The translations under genes were made by a program, and so were the position numbers. Of a DNA stretch of 64,000 nt, positions 15,401-29,429 are shown piece by piece. The notes below the pieces were generated by a model that saw only the letters and a program-made list of their open reading frames with translations, made no database searches and was not told where the DNA came from. The first letter of the stretch is position 1. Each line of letters opens with the position of its first letter. Origin of the DNA: Eledone cirrhosa (taxonomy: Eukaryota); NCBI GenBank assembly GCA_964016885.1, contig OZ024759.1:1302001-1366000 (forward strand). Reading direction: 5' to 3'.

Positions 15401-18400
15401 GTAACATGACAGTCTATATTAGTAACATGACAGTCCATAATAGTAGCATGACAAAGTCTATATTAGTAACATGACAAAGTCTATATTAGTAACATGACAC
15501 AGTCTATATTAGTAACATGACACAGTCTATATTAGTAACATCATACAGTCTATATTAGTAACATGACAAAGTCTATATTAGTAACATGGCAAAGTCTATA
15601 TTAGTAACATGACACAGTCTATATTAGTAACATGACAAGGCCTATATTAGTAACATGACACAGTCTATATTAGTAACATGACAAAGTCTATATTAGTAAC
15701 ATGACAGTCTATATTAGTAACATGACAAAGTCTATATTAGTAACATGACAAAGTCTATATTAGTAACATGACAGTCTATATTAGTAACATGACACAGTCT
15801 ATATTAGTAACATGACACAGTCTATATTAGTAACATGACACAGTTTATATTAGTAACATGACAAAGTCTATATTAGTAACATGACAAAGTCTATATTAGT
15901 AACATGGCAGTCTATATTAGTTACATGACAAAGTCTATATTAGTAACATGACACAGTCTATATTAGTAACATGACAAAGACTCTATTAGTAACATGACAA
16001 AGTCTATATTAGTAACATGACAGTCTATATTAGTAACATGACAGTCTATATTAGTAACATGACAAAGTCTATATTAGTAACATGACAGTCTATATTGTAC
16101 CATGACATAGTCTATATTAGTAACATGACAAAGTCTATATTAGTAACATGACAGTCTATATTGTAACATGACACAGTCTATATTAGTAACATGACAGTCT
16201 ATATTAGTAACATGACAGTCTATATTAGTAACATGACAAAGTCTATATTAGTAACATGACAAAGTCTATATTAGTAACATGACAAAGTCTATATTAGTAG
16301 CATGACACAGTCTATATTAGTAACATGACAAAGTCTATATTAGTAACATGACACAGTCTATATTAGTAACATGACAAAGTCTATATTAGTAACATGACAG
16401 TCTATATTAGTAACATGACACATTCTATATTAGTAACATGACAAAGTCTATATTAGTAGCATGACAAAGTCTATATTAGTAGCATGACACAGTCTATATT
16501 AGTAACATGACATAGTCTATATTAGTAACATGACACAGTCTATATTAGTAGCATGACAAAGTCTATATTAGTAACATGACAAAGTTTATATTAGTAACAT
16601 GAGAAAGTCTATATTAGTAATATGACACAGTCTATATTAGTAACATGACAAAGTCTATATTAGTAACATGACACAGTCTATATTAGTAACATGACACAGT
16701 CTATATTAGTAACATGACAAAGTCTATATTAGTAGCATGACAAAGTCTATATTAGTAACATGACAAAGTCTATATTAGTAACATGACACAGTCTATATTA
16801 GTAACATGACAAAGTCTATATTAGTAACATGACGGTCTATATTAGTAACATGACAGTCTATATTAGTAGCATGACAAAGTCTATATTAGTAACATGACAC
16901 AGTCTATATCAGTAACATGACACAGTCTATATTAGTAACATGACAAAGTCTATATTAGTAGCATGACAAAGTCTATATTAGTAACATGACACAGTCTATA
17001 TTAGTAACATGACAAAGTCTATATTAGTAGCATGACAAAGTCTATATTAGTAACATGACAAAGTCTATATTAGTAACATGACACAGTCTATATTAGTAAC
17101 ATGACAGTCTATATTAGTAACATGACAGTCCATAATAGTAGCATGACAAAGTCTATATTAGTAACATGACAAAGTCTATATTAGTAACATGACACAGTCT
17201 ATATTAGTAACATGACACAGTCTATATTAGTAACATCATACAGTCTATATTAGTAACATGACAAAGTCTATATTAGTAACATGGCAAAGTCTATATTAGT
17301 AACATGACACAGTCTATATTAGTAACATGACAAGGCCTATATTAGTAACATGACACAGTCTATATTAGTAACATGACAAAGTCTATATTAGTAACATGAC
17401 AGTCTATATTAGTAACATGACAAAGTCTATATTAGTAACATGACAAAGTCTATATTAGTAACATGACAGTCTATATTAGTAACATGACACAGTCTATATT
17501 AGTAACATGACACAGTCTATATTAGTAACATGACACAGTTTATATTAGTAACATGACAAAGTCTATATTAGTAACATGACAAAGTCTATATTAGTAACAT
17601 GGCAGTCTATATTAGTTACATGACAAAGTCTATATTAGTAACATGACACAGTCTATATTAGTAACATGACAAAGACTCTATTAGTAACATGACAAAGTCT
17701 ATATTAGTAACATGACAGTCTATATTAGTAACATGACAGTCTATATTAGTAACATGACAAAGTCTATATTAGTAACATGACAGTCTATATTGTACCATGA
17801 CATAGTCTATATTAGTAACATGACAAAGTCTATATTAGTAACATGACAGTCTATATTGTAACATGACACAGTCTATATTAGTAACATGACAGTCTATATT
17901 AGTAACATGACAGTCTATATTAGTAACATGACAAAGTCTATATTAGTAACATGACAAAGTCTATATTAGTAACATGACAAAGTCTATATTAGTAGCATGA
18001 CACAGTCTATATTAGTAACATGACAAAGTCTATATTAGTAACATGACACAGTCTATATTAGTAACATGACAAAGTCTATATTAGTAACATGACAGTCTAT
18101 ATTAGTAACATGACACATTCTATATTAGTAACATGACAAAGTCTATATTAGTAGCATGACAAAGTCTATATTAGTAACATGACAGTCTATATTAGTAACA
18201 TGCCAAAGTCTATATTAGTAGCATGACAAAGTCTATATTAGTAACATGACACAGTCTATATTAGTAACATGACACAGTCTATATTAGTAACATGACACAG
18301 TCTATATTAGTAGCATGACAAAGTCTATATTAGTAACATGACAAAGTCTATATTAGCAACATGACAAAGTCTATATTAGTAACATGACAAAGTCTATATT

Positions 18401-20750
18401 AGTAACATGACACAGTGTATATTAGTAATATGACAGTCTATATTAGTAGCATGACAAAGTCTATATTAGTAACATGACAAAGTCTATATTAGTAACATGA
18501 CACAGTCTATATTAGTAACATGACACAGTCTATATTAGTAACATGACACAGTCTATATTAGTAACATGACAAAGTCTATATTAGTAACATGGCAAAGTCT
18601 ATATTAGTAACATGACAAAGTCTATATTAGTAACATGACAAGGTCTATATTAGTAACATGACACAGTCTATATTAGTAACATGACAAAGTCTATATTAGT
18701 AACATGACAGTCTATATTAGTAACATGCCAAAGTCTATATTAGTAGCATGACAAAGTCTATATTAGTAGCATGACACAGTCTATATTAGTAACATGACAT
18801 AGTCTATATTAGTAACATGACACAGTCTATATTAGTAGCATGACAAAGTCTATATTAGTAACATGACAAAGTCTATATTAGTAACATGAGAAAGTCTATA
18901 TTAGTAATATGACACAGTCTATATTAGTAACATGACAAAGTCTATATTAGTAACATGACACAGTCTATATTAGTAACATGACACAGTCTATATTAGTAAC
19001 ATGACAAAGTCTATATTAGTAGCATGACAAAGTCTATATTAGTAACATGACAAAGTCTATATTAGTAACATGACACAGTCTATATTAGTAACATGACAAA
19101 GTCTATATTAGTAACATGACGGTCTATATTAGTAACATGACAGTCTATATTAGTAGCATGACAAAGTCTATATTAGTAACATGACACAGTCTATATCAGT
19201 AACATGACACAGTCTATATTAGTAACATGACAAAGTCTATATTAGTAGCATGACAAAGTCTATATTAGTAACATGACACAGTCTATATTAGTAACATGAC
19301 AAAGTCTATATTAGTAGCATGACAAAGTCTATATTAGTAACATGACAAAGTCTATATTAGTAACATGACACAGTCTATATTAGTAACATGACAGTCTATA
19401 TTAGTAACATGACAGTCCATATTAGTAGCATGACAAAGTCTATATTAGTAACATGACAAAGTCTATATTAGTAACATGACACAGTCTATATTAGTAACAT
19501 GACACAGTCTATATTAGTAACATCATACAGTCTATATTAGTAACATGACAAAGTCTATATTAGTAACATGGCAAAGTCTATATTAGTAACATGACACAGT
19601 CTATATTAGTAACATGACAAGGCCTATATTAGTAACATGACACAGTCTATATTAGTAACATGACAAAGTCTATATTAGTAACATGACAGTCTATATTAGT
19701 AACATGACAAAGTCTATATTAGTAACATGACAAAGTCTATATTAGTAACATGACAGTCTATATTAGTAACATGACACAGTCTATATTAGTAACATGACAA
19801 AGTCTATATTAGTAACATGACACAGTCGATATTAGTAACATGACACAGTCTATATTATTAACATGACACAGTTTATATTAGTAACATGACAAAGTCTATA
19901 TTAGTAACATGACAAAGTCTATATTAGTAACATGGCAGTCTATATTAGTTACATGACAAAGTCTATATTAGTAACATGACACAGTCTATATTAGTAACAT
20001 GACAAAGACTCTATTAGTAACATGACAAAGTCTATATTAGTAACATGACAGTCTATATTAGTAACATGACAGTCTATATTAGTAACATGACAAAGTCTAT
20101 ATTAGTAACATGACAGTCTATATTGTACCATGACAAAGTCTATATTAGTAACATGACAAAGTCTATATTAGTAACATGACATAGTCTATATTAGTAACAT
20201 GACAAAGTCTATATTAGTAACATGACAGTCTATATTGTAACATGACACAGTCTATATTAGTAACATGACACAGTCTATATTAGTAACATGACAGTCTATA
20301 TTAGTAACATGACAAAGTCTATATTAGTAACATGACAAAGTCTATATTAGTAACATGACAAAGTCTATATTAGTAGCATGACACAGTCTATATTAGTAAC
20401 ATGACAAAGTCTATATTAGTAACATGACATAGTCTATATTAGTAACATGACAAAGTCTATATTAGTAGCATGACACAGTCTAAATTAGTAATATGACACA
20501 GTCTATATTAGTAACATGACAGTCTATATTAGTAACATGACACAGTCTATATTAGTAACATGACAAAGTCTATATTAGTAGTATGACAAAGTCTATATTA
20601 GTAACATGACAGTCTATATTAGTAACATGACAAAGTCTATATTAGTAGCATGACAAAGTCTATATTAGTAGCATGACACAGTCTATATTAGTAACATGAC
20701 ACAGTCTATATTAGTAACATGACACAGTCTATATTAGTAACATGACAAAG
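6400..20750. repeat. Higher-order tandem duplication of an approximately 6.4-kb block; the second copy is expanded by a nested 1,695-bp duplication
   Basis: ATCACAAAG 7280/13674 and ATGTCAAAG 8190/14584 are offset 6,394. ATCATAC 11433/19522, GTCGAT 11736/19825 and CTAAATT 12391/20480 are offset 8,089, which equals 6,394 + 1,695. Confidence 0.85.
14770..18160. repeat. Nested tandem duplication, 1,695-bp unit x2
   Basis: ATGACAAAGTTT 14881/16576, GTCCATAAT 15433/17128 and ATCATAC 15540/17235 are all offset 1,695. Confidence 0.9.
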
Positions 20751-23700
20751 TCTATATTAGTAGCATGACAAAGTCTATATTAGTAACATGACAAAGTCTA
20801 TATTAGTAACATGACACAGTCTATATTAGTAACATGACAAAGTCTATATTAGTAACATGACAAAGTCTATATTAGTAACATGACAGTCTATATTAGTAAC
20901 ATGACAAAGTCTATATTAGTAACATGACAAAGTCTCTATTAGTAACATGACAAAGTCTATATTAGTAACATGACAGTCTATATTAGTAACATGACAAAGT
21001 CTCTATTAGTAACATGACAAAGTCTATATTAGTAACATGACAGTCTATATTAGTAACATGACAAAGTCTATATTAGTAACATGACAGTCTATATTGTAAC
21101 ATGACACAGTCTATATTAGTAACATGACACAGTTTATATTAGTAACATGACATAGTCTATATTAGTAACATGACAAAGTCTATATTAGTAACATGACAGT
21201 CTATATTAGTAACATGACAAAGTCTATATTAGTAACATGACAATGTCTATATTAGTAGCATGACACAGTCTATATTAGTAACATGACAAAGTCTATATTA
21301 GTAACATGACACAGTCTATATTAGTAACATGACAAAGTCTATATTAGTAGCATGACAAAGTCTATATTAGTAACATGACACAGTCTATATTAGTAACATG
21401 ACAAAGTCTATATTAGTAACATGACACTGTCTATATTAGTAACTTGACAAAGTCTATATTAGTAACATGACACAGTCTATATTAGTAACATGACACAGTC
21501 TATATTAGTAGCATGACAAAGTCTATATTAGTAACATGACACAGTCTATATTAGTAACATGACAAAGTCTATATTAGTAACATGACACTGTCTATATTAG
21601 TAACTTGACAAAGTCTATATTAGTAACATGACACAGTCTATATTAGTAACATGACACAGTCTATATTAGTAACATGACAGTCTATATTAGTAAAATGACA
21701 GTCCATATTAGTAGCATGACAAAGTCTATATTAGTAACATGACAAAGTCTATATTAGTAACATGACACAGTCTATATTAGTAACACGACACAGTCTATAT
21801 TAGTAACATCACACAGTCTATATTAGTAACATGACAAAGTCTATATTAGTAACATGGCAAAGTCTATATTAGTAACATGACAAAGTCTATATTAGTAACA
21901 TGACAAGGCCTATATTAGTAATATGACACAGTCTATATTAGTAACATGACAAAGTCTATATTAGTAACATGACAAAGTCTATATTAGTAACATGACAGTC
22001 TATATTAGTAACATGACACAGTCTATATTAGTAACATGACAAAGTCTATATTAGTAACATGACACAGTCTATATTAGTAACATGACACAGTCTATATTAG
22101 TAACATGACACAGTTTATATTAGTAACATGACAAAGTCTATATTAGTAACATGACAGTCTATATTGTAACATGACACAGTCTATATTAGTAACATGACAC
22201 AGTCTATATTAGTAACATGACAGTCTATATTAGTAACATGACAAAGTCTATATTAGTAACATGACAAAGTCTATATTAGTAACATGACAAAGTCTATATT
22301 AGTAACATGACAAAGTCTATATTAGTAGCATGACACAGTCTATATTAGTAACATGACAAAGTCTATATTAGTAACATGACACAGTCTATATTAGTCACAT
22401 GACAAAGTCTATATTAGTAGCATGACAAAGTCTATATTAGTAACATGACACAGTCTATATTAGTAACATGACAAAGTCTATATTAGTAACATGACACTGT
22501 CTATATTAGTAACTTGACAAAGTCTATATTAGTAACATGACACAGTCTATATTAGTAACATGACACAGTCTATATTAGTAGCATGACAAAGTCTATATTA
22601 GTAACATGACACAGTCTATATTAGTAACATGACAAAGTCTATATTAGTAACATGACACTGTCTATATTAGTAACTTGACAAAGTCTATATTAGTAACATG
22701 ACAAAGTCTATATTAGTAACATGACAGTCTATATTAGTAACATGCCAAAGTCTATATTAGTAGCATGACAAAGTCTATATTAGTAGCATGACACAGTCTA
22801 TATTAGTAACATGACAAAGTCTATATTAGTAACATGACACTGTCTATATTAGTAACTTGACAAAGTCTATATTAGTAACATGACACAGTCTATATTAGTA
22901 ACATGACACAGTCTATATTAGTAACATGACAGTCTATATTAGTAAAATGACAGTCCATATTAGTAGCATGACAAAGTCTATATTAGTAACATGACAAAGT
23001 CTATATTAGTAACATGACACAGTCTATATTAGTAACATGACACAGTCTATATTAGTAACATCACACAGTCTATATTAGTAACATGACAAAGTCTATATTA
23101 GTAACATGGCAAAGTCTATATTAGTAACATGACAAAGTCTATATTAGTAACATGACAAGGCCTATATTAGTAATATGACACAGTCTATATTAGTAACATG
23201 ACAAAGTCTATATTAGTAACATGACAAAGTCTATATTAGTAACATGACAGTCTATATTAGTAACATGACACAGTCTATATTAGTAACATGACAAAGTCTA
23301 TATTAGTAACATGACACAGTCTATATTAGTAACATGACACAGTCTATATTAGTAACATGACACAGTTTATATTAGTAACATGACAAAGTCTATATTAGTA
23401 ACATGACAAAGTCTATATTAGTAACATGGCAGTCTATATTAGTAACATGACAAAGTCTATATTAGTAACATGACACAGTCTATATTAGTAACATGACAAA
23501 GACTCTATTAGTAACATGACAAAGTCTATATTAGTAACATGACAAAGTCTATATTAGTAACATGACACAGTCTATATTAGTAACATCACACAGTCTATAT
23601 TAGTAACATGACAAAGTCTATATTAGTAACATGGCAAAGTCTATATTAGTAACATGACAAAGTCTATATTAGTAACATGACAAGGCCTATATTAGTAATA

Positions 23701-26300
23701 TGACACAGTCTATATTAGTAACATGACAAAGTCTATATTAGTAACATGACAAAGTCTATATTAGTAACATGACAGTCTATATTAGTAACATGACAAAATC
23801 TATATTAGTAACATGACAGTCTATATTAGTAACATGACAAAGTCTATATTAGTAACATGACAGTCTATATTGTACCATGACACAGTCTATATTAGTAACA
23901 TGACATAGTCTATATTAGTAACATGACAAAGTCTATATTAGTAACATGACAGTCTATATTGTAACATGACACAGTCTATATTAGTAACATGACACAGTCT
24001 ATATTAGTAACATGACAGTCTATATTAGTAACATGACACAGTCTATATTAGTAACATGACACAGTCTATATTAGTAACATGACAGTCTATATTAGTAGCA
24101 TGGCAATGTCTATATTAGTAACATGACACAGTCTATATTAGTAACAAGACATAGTCTATATTAGTAACATGACATAGTCTATATTAGTAGCATGACAAAG
24201 TCTATATTAGTAACATGACAAAGTCTATATTAGTAACATGACACAGTCTATCTTAGTAACATGACAAAGTCTATATTAGTAACATGACACAGTCTATATT
24301 AGTAACATGACAAAGTCTATATTAGTAGCATGACAAAGTCTATATTAGTAACATGACACAGTCTATATTAGTAACATGACAAAGTCTATATTAGTAACAT
24401 GACAAAGTCTATATTAGTAACATGACAAAGTCTATATTAGTAACATGACTAAGTCTATATTAGTAACATGACACAGTCTATATTAGTAACATGACAGTCT
24501 ATATTAGTAGCATGACAAAGTCTATATTAGTAACATGACAAAGTCTATATTAGTAACATGACACAGTCTATATTAGTAACATGACACAGTCTATATTAGT
24601 AACATGACAGTCTATATTAGTAACATGACAAAGTCTATATTAGTAACATGGCAAAGTCTATGTTAGTAACATGACAAAGTCTATATTAGTAACATGACAG
24701 TCTATATTAGTAACATGACACATTCTATATTAGTAACATGACAAAGTCTATATTAGTAGCATGACAAAGTCTATATTAGTAATATGACAGTCTATATTAG
24801 TAACATGCCAAAGTCTATATTAGTAGCATGACAAAGTCTATATTAGTAACATGACACAGTCTATATTAGTAACATGACACAGTCTATATTAGTAACATGA
24901 CACAGTCTATATTAGTAGCATGACAAAGTCTATATTAGTAACATGACAAAGTCTATATTAGTAACATGACAAAGTCTATATTAGTAACATGACATAGTCT
25001 ATATTAGTAGCATGACAAAGTCTATATTAGTAACATGACAGTCTATATTGTAACATGACACAGTCTATATTAGTAACATGACAAAGACTCTATTAGTAAC
25101 ATGACAAAGTCTATATTAGTAACATGACAGTCTATATTAGTAACATGACAAAATCTATATTAGTAACGTGACAGTCTATATTAGTAACATGACAAAGTCT
25201 ATATTAGTAACATGACAAAGTCTATATTAGTAACATGACAAAGTCTATATTAGTAACATGACATAGTCTATATTAGTAACATGACAAAGTCTATATTAGT
25301 AACATGACAGTCTATATTGTAACATGACACACTCTATATTAGTAACATGACACAGTCTATATTAGTAACATGACAGTCTATATTAGTAACATGACACAGT
25401 CTATATTAGTAACATGACACAGTCTATATTAGTAACATGACAGTCTATATTAGTAGCATGGCAATGTCTATATTAGTAACATGACACAGTCTATATTAGT
25501 AACAAGACATAGTCTATATTAGTAACATGACATAGTCTATATTAGTAGCATGACAAAGTCTATATTAGTAACATGACAAAGTCTATATTAGTAACATGAC
25601 ACAGTCTATCTTAGTAACATGACAAAGTCTATATTAGTAACATGACACAGTCTATATTAGTAACATGACAAAGTCTATATTAGTAGCATGACAAAGTCTA
25701 TATTAGTAACATGACACAGTCTATATTAGTAACATGACAAAGTCTATATTAGTAACATGACAAAGTCTATATTAGTAACATGACAAAGTCTATATTAGTA
25801 ACATGACTAAGTCTATATTAGTAACATGACACAGTCTATATTAGTAACATGACAGTCTATATTAGTAGCATGACAAAGTCTATATTAGTAACATGACAAA
25901 GTCTATATTAGTAACATGACACAGTCTATATTAGTAACATGACAAAGTCTATATTAGTAACATGGCAAAGTCTATGTTAGTAACATGACAAAGTCTATAT
26001 TAGTAACATGACAGTCTATATTAGTAACATGACACATTCTATATTAGTAACATGACAAAGTCTATATTAGTAGCATGACAAAGTCTATATTAGTAACATG
26101 ACAGTCTATATTAGTAACATGCCAAAGTCTATATTAGTAGCACGACAAAGTCTATATTAGTAACATGACACAGTCTATATTAGTAACATGACACAGTCTA
26201 TATTAGTAACATGACACAGTCTATATTAGTAGCATGACAAAGTCTATATTAGTAACATGACAAAGTCTATATTAGTAACATGACAAAGTCTATATTAGTA
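20750..26300. repeat. Central satellite sub-domain with private variants and short-period duplications (161, 525, 1,070, 1,252, 1,358 bp)
   Basis: ATGACACTG...AACTTGAC at 21421, 21582, 22491, 22652 and 22834. ATCACACAG at 21808, 23060 and 23585. GTAAAATG near 21690 and 22942. ATGGCAATG at 24100/25458. Confidence 0.75.
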
Positions 26301-29300
26301 ACATGACATAGTCTATATTAGTAGCATGACAAAGTCTATATTAGTAACATGACAAAGTCTATATTAGTAACATGACAGTCTATATTAGTAACATGACACA
26401 TTCTATATTAGTAACATGACAAAGTCTATATTAGTAGCATGACAAAGTCTATATTAGTAACATGACAGTCTATATTAGTAACATGCCAAAGTCTATATTA
26501 GTAGCATGACAAAGTCTATATTAGTAACATGACACAGTCTATATTAGTAACATGACGCAGTCTATATTAGTAACATGACACAGTCTATATTAGTAGCATG
26601 ACAAAGTCTATATTAGTAACATGACAAAGTCTATATTAGTAACATGACAAAGTCTATATTAGTAACATGACAAAGTCTATATTAGTAACATGACACAGTG
26701 TATATTAGTAATATGACAGTCTATATTAGTAGCATGACAAAGTCTATATTAGTAACATGTCAAAATCTATATTAGTAACATGACACAGTCTATATTAGTA
26801 ACATGACACAGTCTATATTAGTAACATGACACAGTCTATATTAGTAACATGACAAAGTCTATATTAGTAACATGGCAAAGTCTATATTAGTAACATGACA
26901 AAGTCTATATTAGTAACATGACAAGGTCTATATTAGTAACATGACACAGTCTATATTAGTAACATGACAAAGTCTATATTAGTAACATGACAGTCTATAT
27001 TAGTAACATGCCAAAGTCTATATTAGTAGCATGACAAAGTCTATATTAGTAGCATGACACAGTCTATATTAGTAACATGACATAGTCTATATTAGTAACA
27101 TGACAAAGTCTATATTAGTAACATGAGAAAGTCTATATTAGTAACATGACACAGTCTATATTAGTAACATGACAAAGTCTATATTAGTAACATGACACAG
27201 TCTATATTAGTAACATGACACAGTCTATATTAGTAACATGCAAAGTCTATATTAGTAGCATGACAAAGTCTATATTAGTAACATGACAAAGTCTATATTA
27301 GTAACATGACACAGTCTATATTAGTAACATGACAAAGTCTATATTAGTAACATGACGGTCTATATTAGTAACATGACAGTCTATATTAGTAGCATGACAA
27401 AGTCTATATTAGTAACATGACACAGTCTATATTAGTAACATGACACAGTCTATATTAGTAACATGACAAAGTCTATATTAGTAGCATGACAAAGTCTATA
27501 TTAGTAACATGACACAGTCTATATTAGTAACATGACAAAGTCTATATTAGTAGCATGACAAAGTCTATATTAGTAACATGACAAAGTCTATATTAGTAAC
27601 ATGACACAGTCTATATTAGTAACATGACAGTCTATATTAGTAACATGACAGTCCATATTAGTAGCATGACAAAGTCTATATTAGTAACATGACAAAGTCT
27701 ATATTAGTAACATGACACAGTCTATATTAGTAACATGACACAGTCTATATTAGTAACATCATACAGTCTATATTAGTAACATGACAAAGTCTATATTAGT
27801 AACATGGCAAAGTCTATATTAGTAACATGACACAGTCTATATTAGTAACATGACAAGGCCTATATTAGTAACATGACACAGTCTATATTAGTAACATGAC
27901 AAAGTCTATATTAGTAACATGACAGTCTATATTAGTAACATGACAAAGTCTATATTAGTAACATGACAAAGTCTATATTAGTAACATGACAGTCTATATT
28001 AGTAACATGACACAGTCTATATTAGTAACATGACAAAGTCTATATTAGTAACATGACACAGTCTATATTAGTAACATGACACAGTCTATATTAGTAACAT
28101 GACACAGTTTATATTAGTAACATGACAAAGTCTATATTAGTAACATGACAAAGTCTATATTAGTAACATGGCAGTCTATATTAGTTACATGACAAAGTCT
28201 ATATTAGTAACATGACACAGTCTATATTAGTAACATGACAAAGACTCTATTAGTAACATGACAAAGTCTATATTAGTAACATGACAGTCTATATTAGTAA
28301 CATGACAAAATCTATATTAGTAACATGACAGTCTATATTAGTAACATGACAAAGTCTATATTAGTAACATGACAGTCTATATTGTACCATGACACAGTCT
28401 ATATTAGTAACATGACACAGTCTATATTAGTAACATGACACAGTTTATATTAGTAACATGACAAAGTCTATATTAGTAACATGACAAAGTCTATATTAGT
28501 AACATGGCAGTCTATATTAGTAACATGACAAAGTCTATATTAGTAACATGACACTGTCTATATTAGTAACATGACAAAGACTCTATTAGTAACATGACAA
28601 AGTCTATATTAGTAACATGACAGTCTATATTAGTAACATGACAACATCTATATTAGTAACATGACAGTCTATATTAGTAACATGACAAAGTCTATATTAG
28701 TAACATGACAGTCTATATTGTACCATGACACAGTCTATATTAGTAACATGACATAGTCTATATTAGTAACATGACAAAGTCTATATTAGTAACATGACAG
28801 TCTATATTGTAACATGACACAGTCTATATTAGTAACATGACACAGTCTATATTAGTAACATGACAGTCTATATTAGTAACATTACACAGTCTATATTAGT
28901 AACATGACACAGTCTATATTAGTAACATGACAGTCTATATTAGTAGCATGGCAATGTCTATATTAGTAACATGACACAGTCTATATTAGTAACAAGACAT
29001 AGTCTATATTAGTAACATGACATAGTCTATATTAGTAGCATGACAAAGTCTATATTAGTAACATGACAAAGTCTATATTAGTAACATGACACAGTCTATC
29101 TTAGTAACATGACAAAGTCTATATTAGTAACATGACACAGCCTATATTAGTAACATGACAAAGTCTATATTAGTAGCATGACAAAGTCTATATTAGTAAC
29201 ATGACACAGTCTATATTAGTAACATGACAAAGTCTATATTAGTAACATGACAAAGTCTATATTAGTAACATGACAAAGTCTATATTAGTAACATGACTAA

Positions 29301-29429
29301 GTCTATATTAGTAACATGACACAGTCTATATTAGTAACATGACAGTCTATATTAGTAGCATGACAAAGTCTATATTAGTAACATGACAAAGTCTATATTA
29401 GTAACATGACACAGTCTATATTAGTAACA

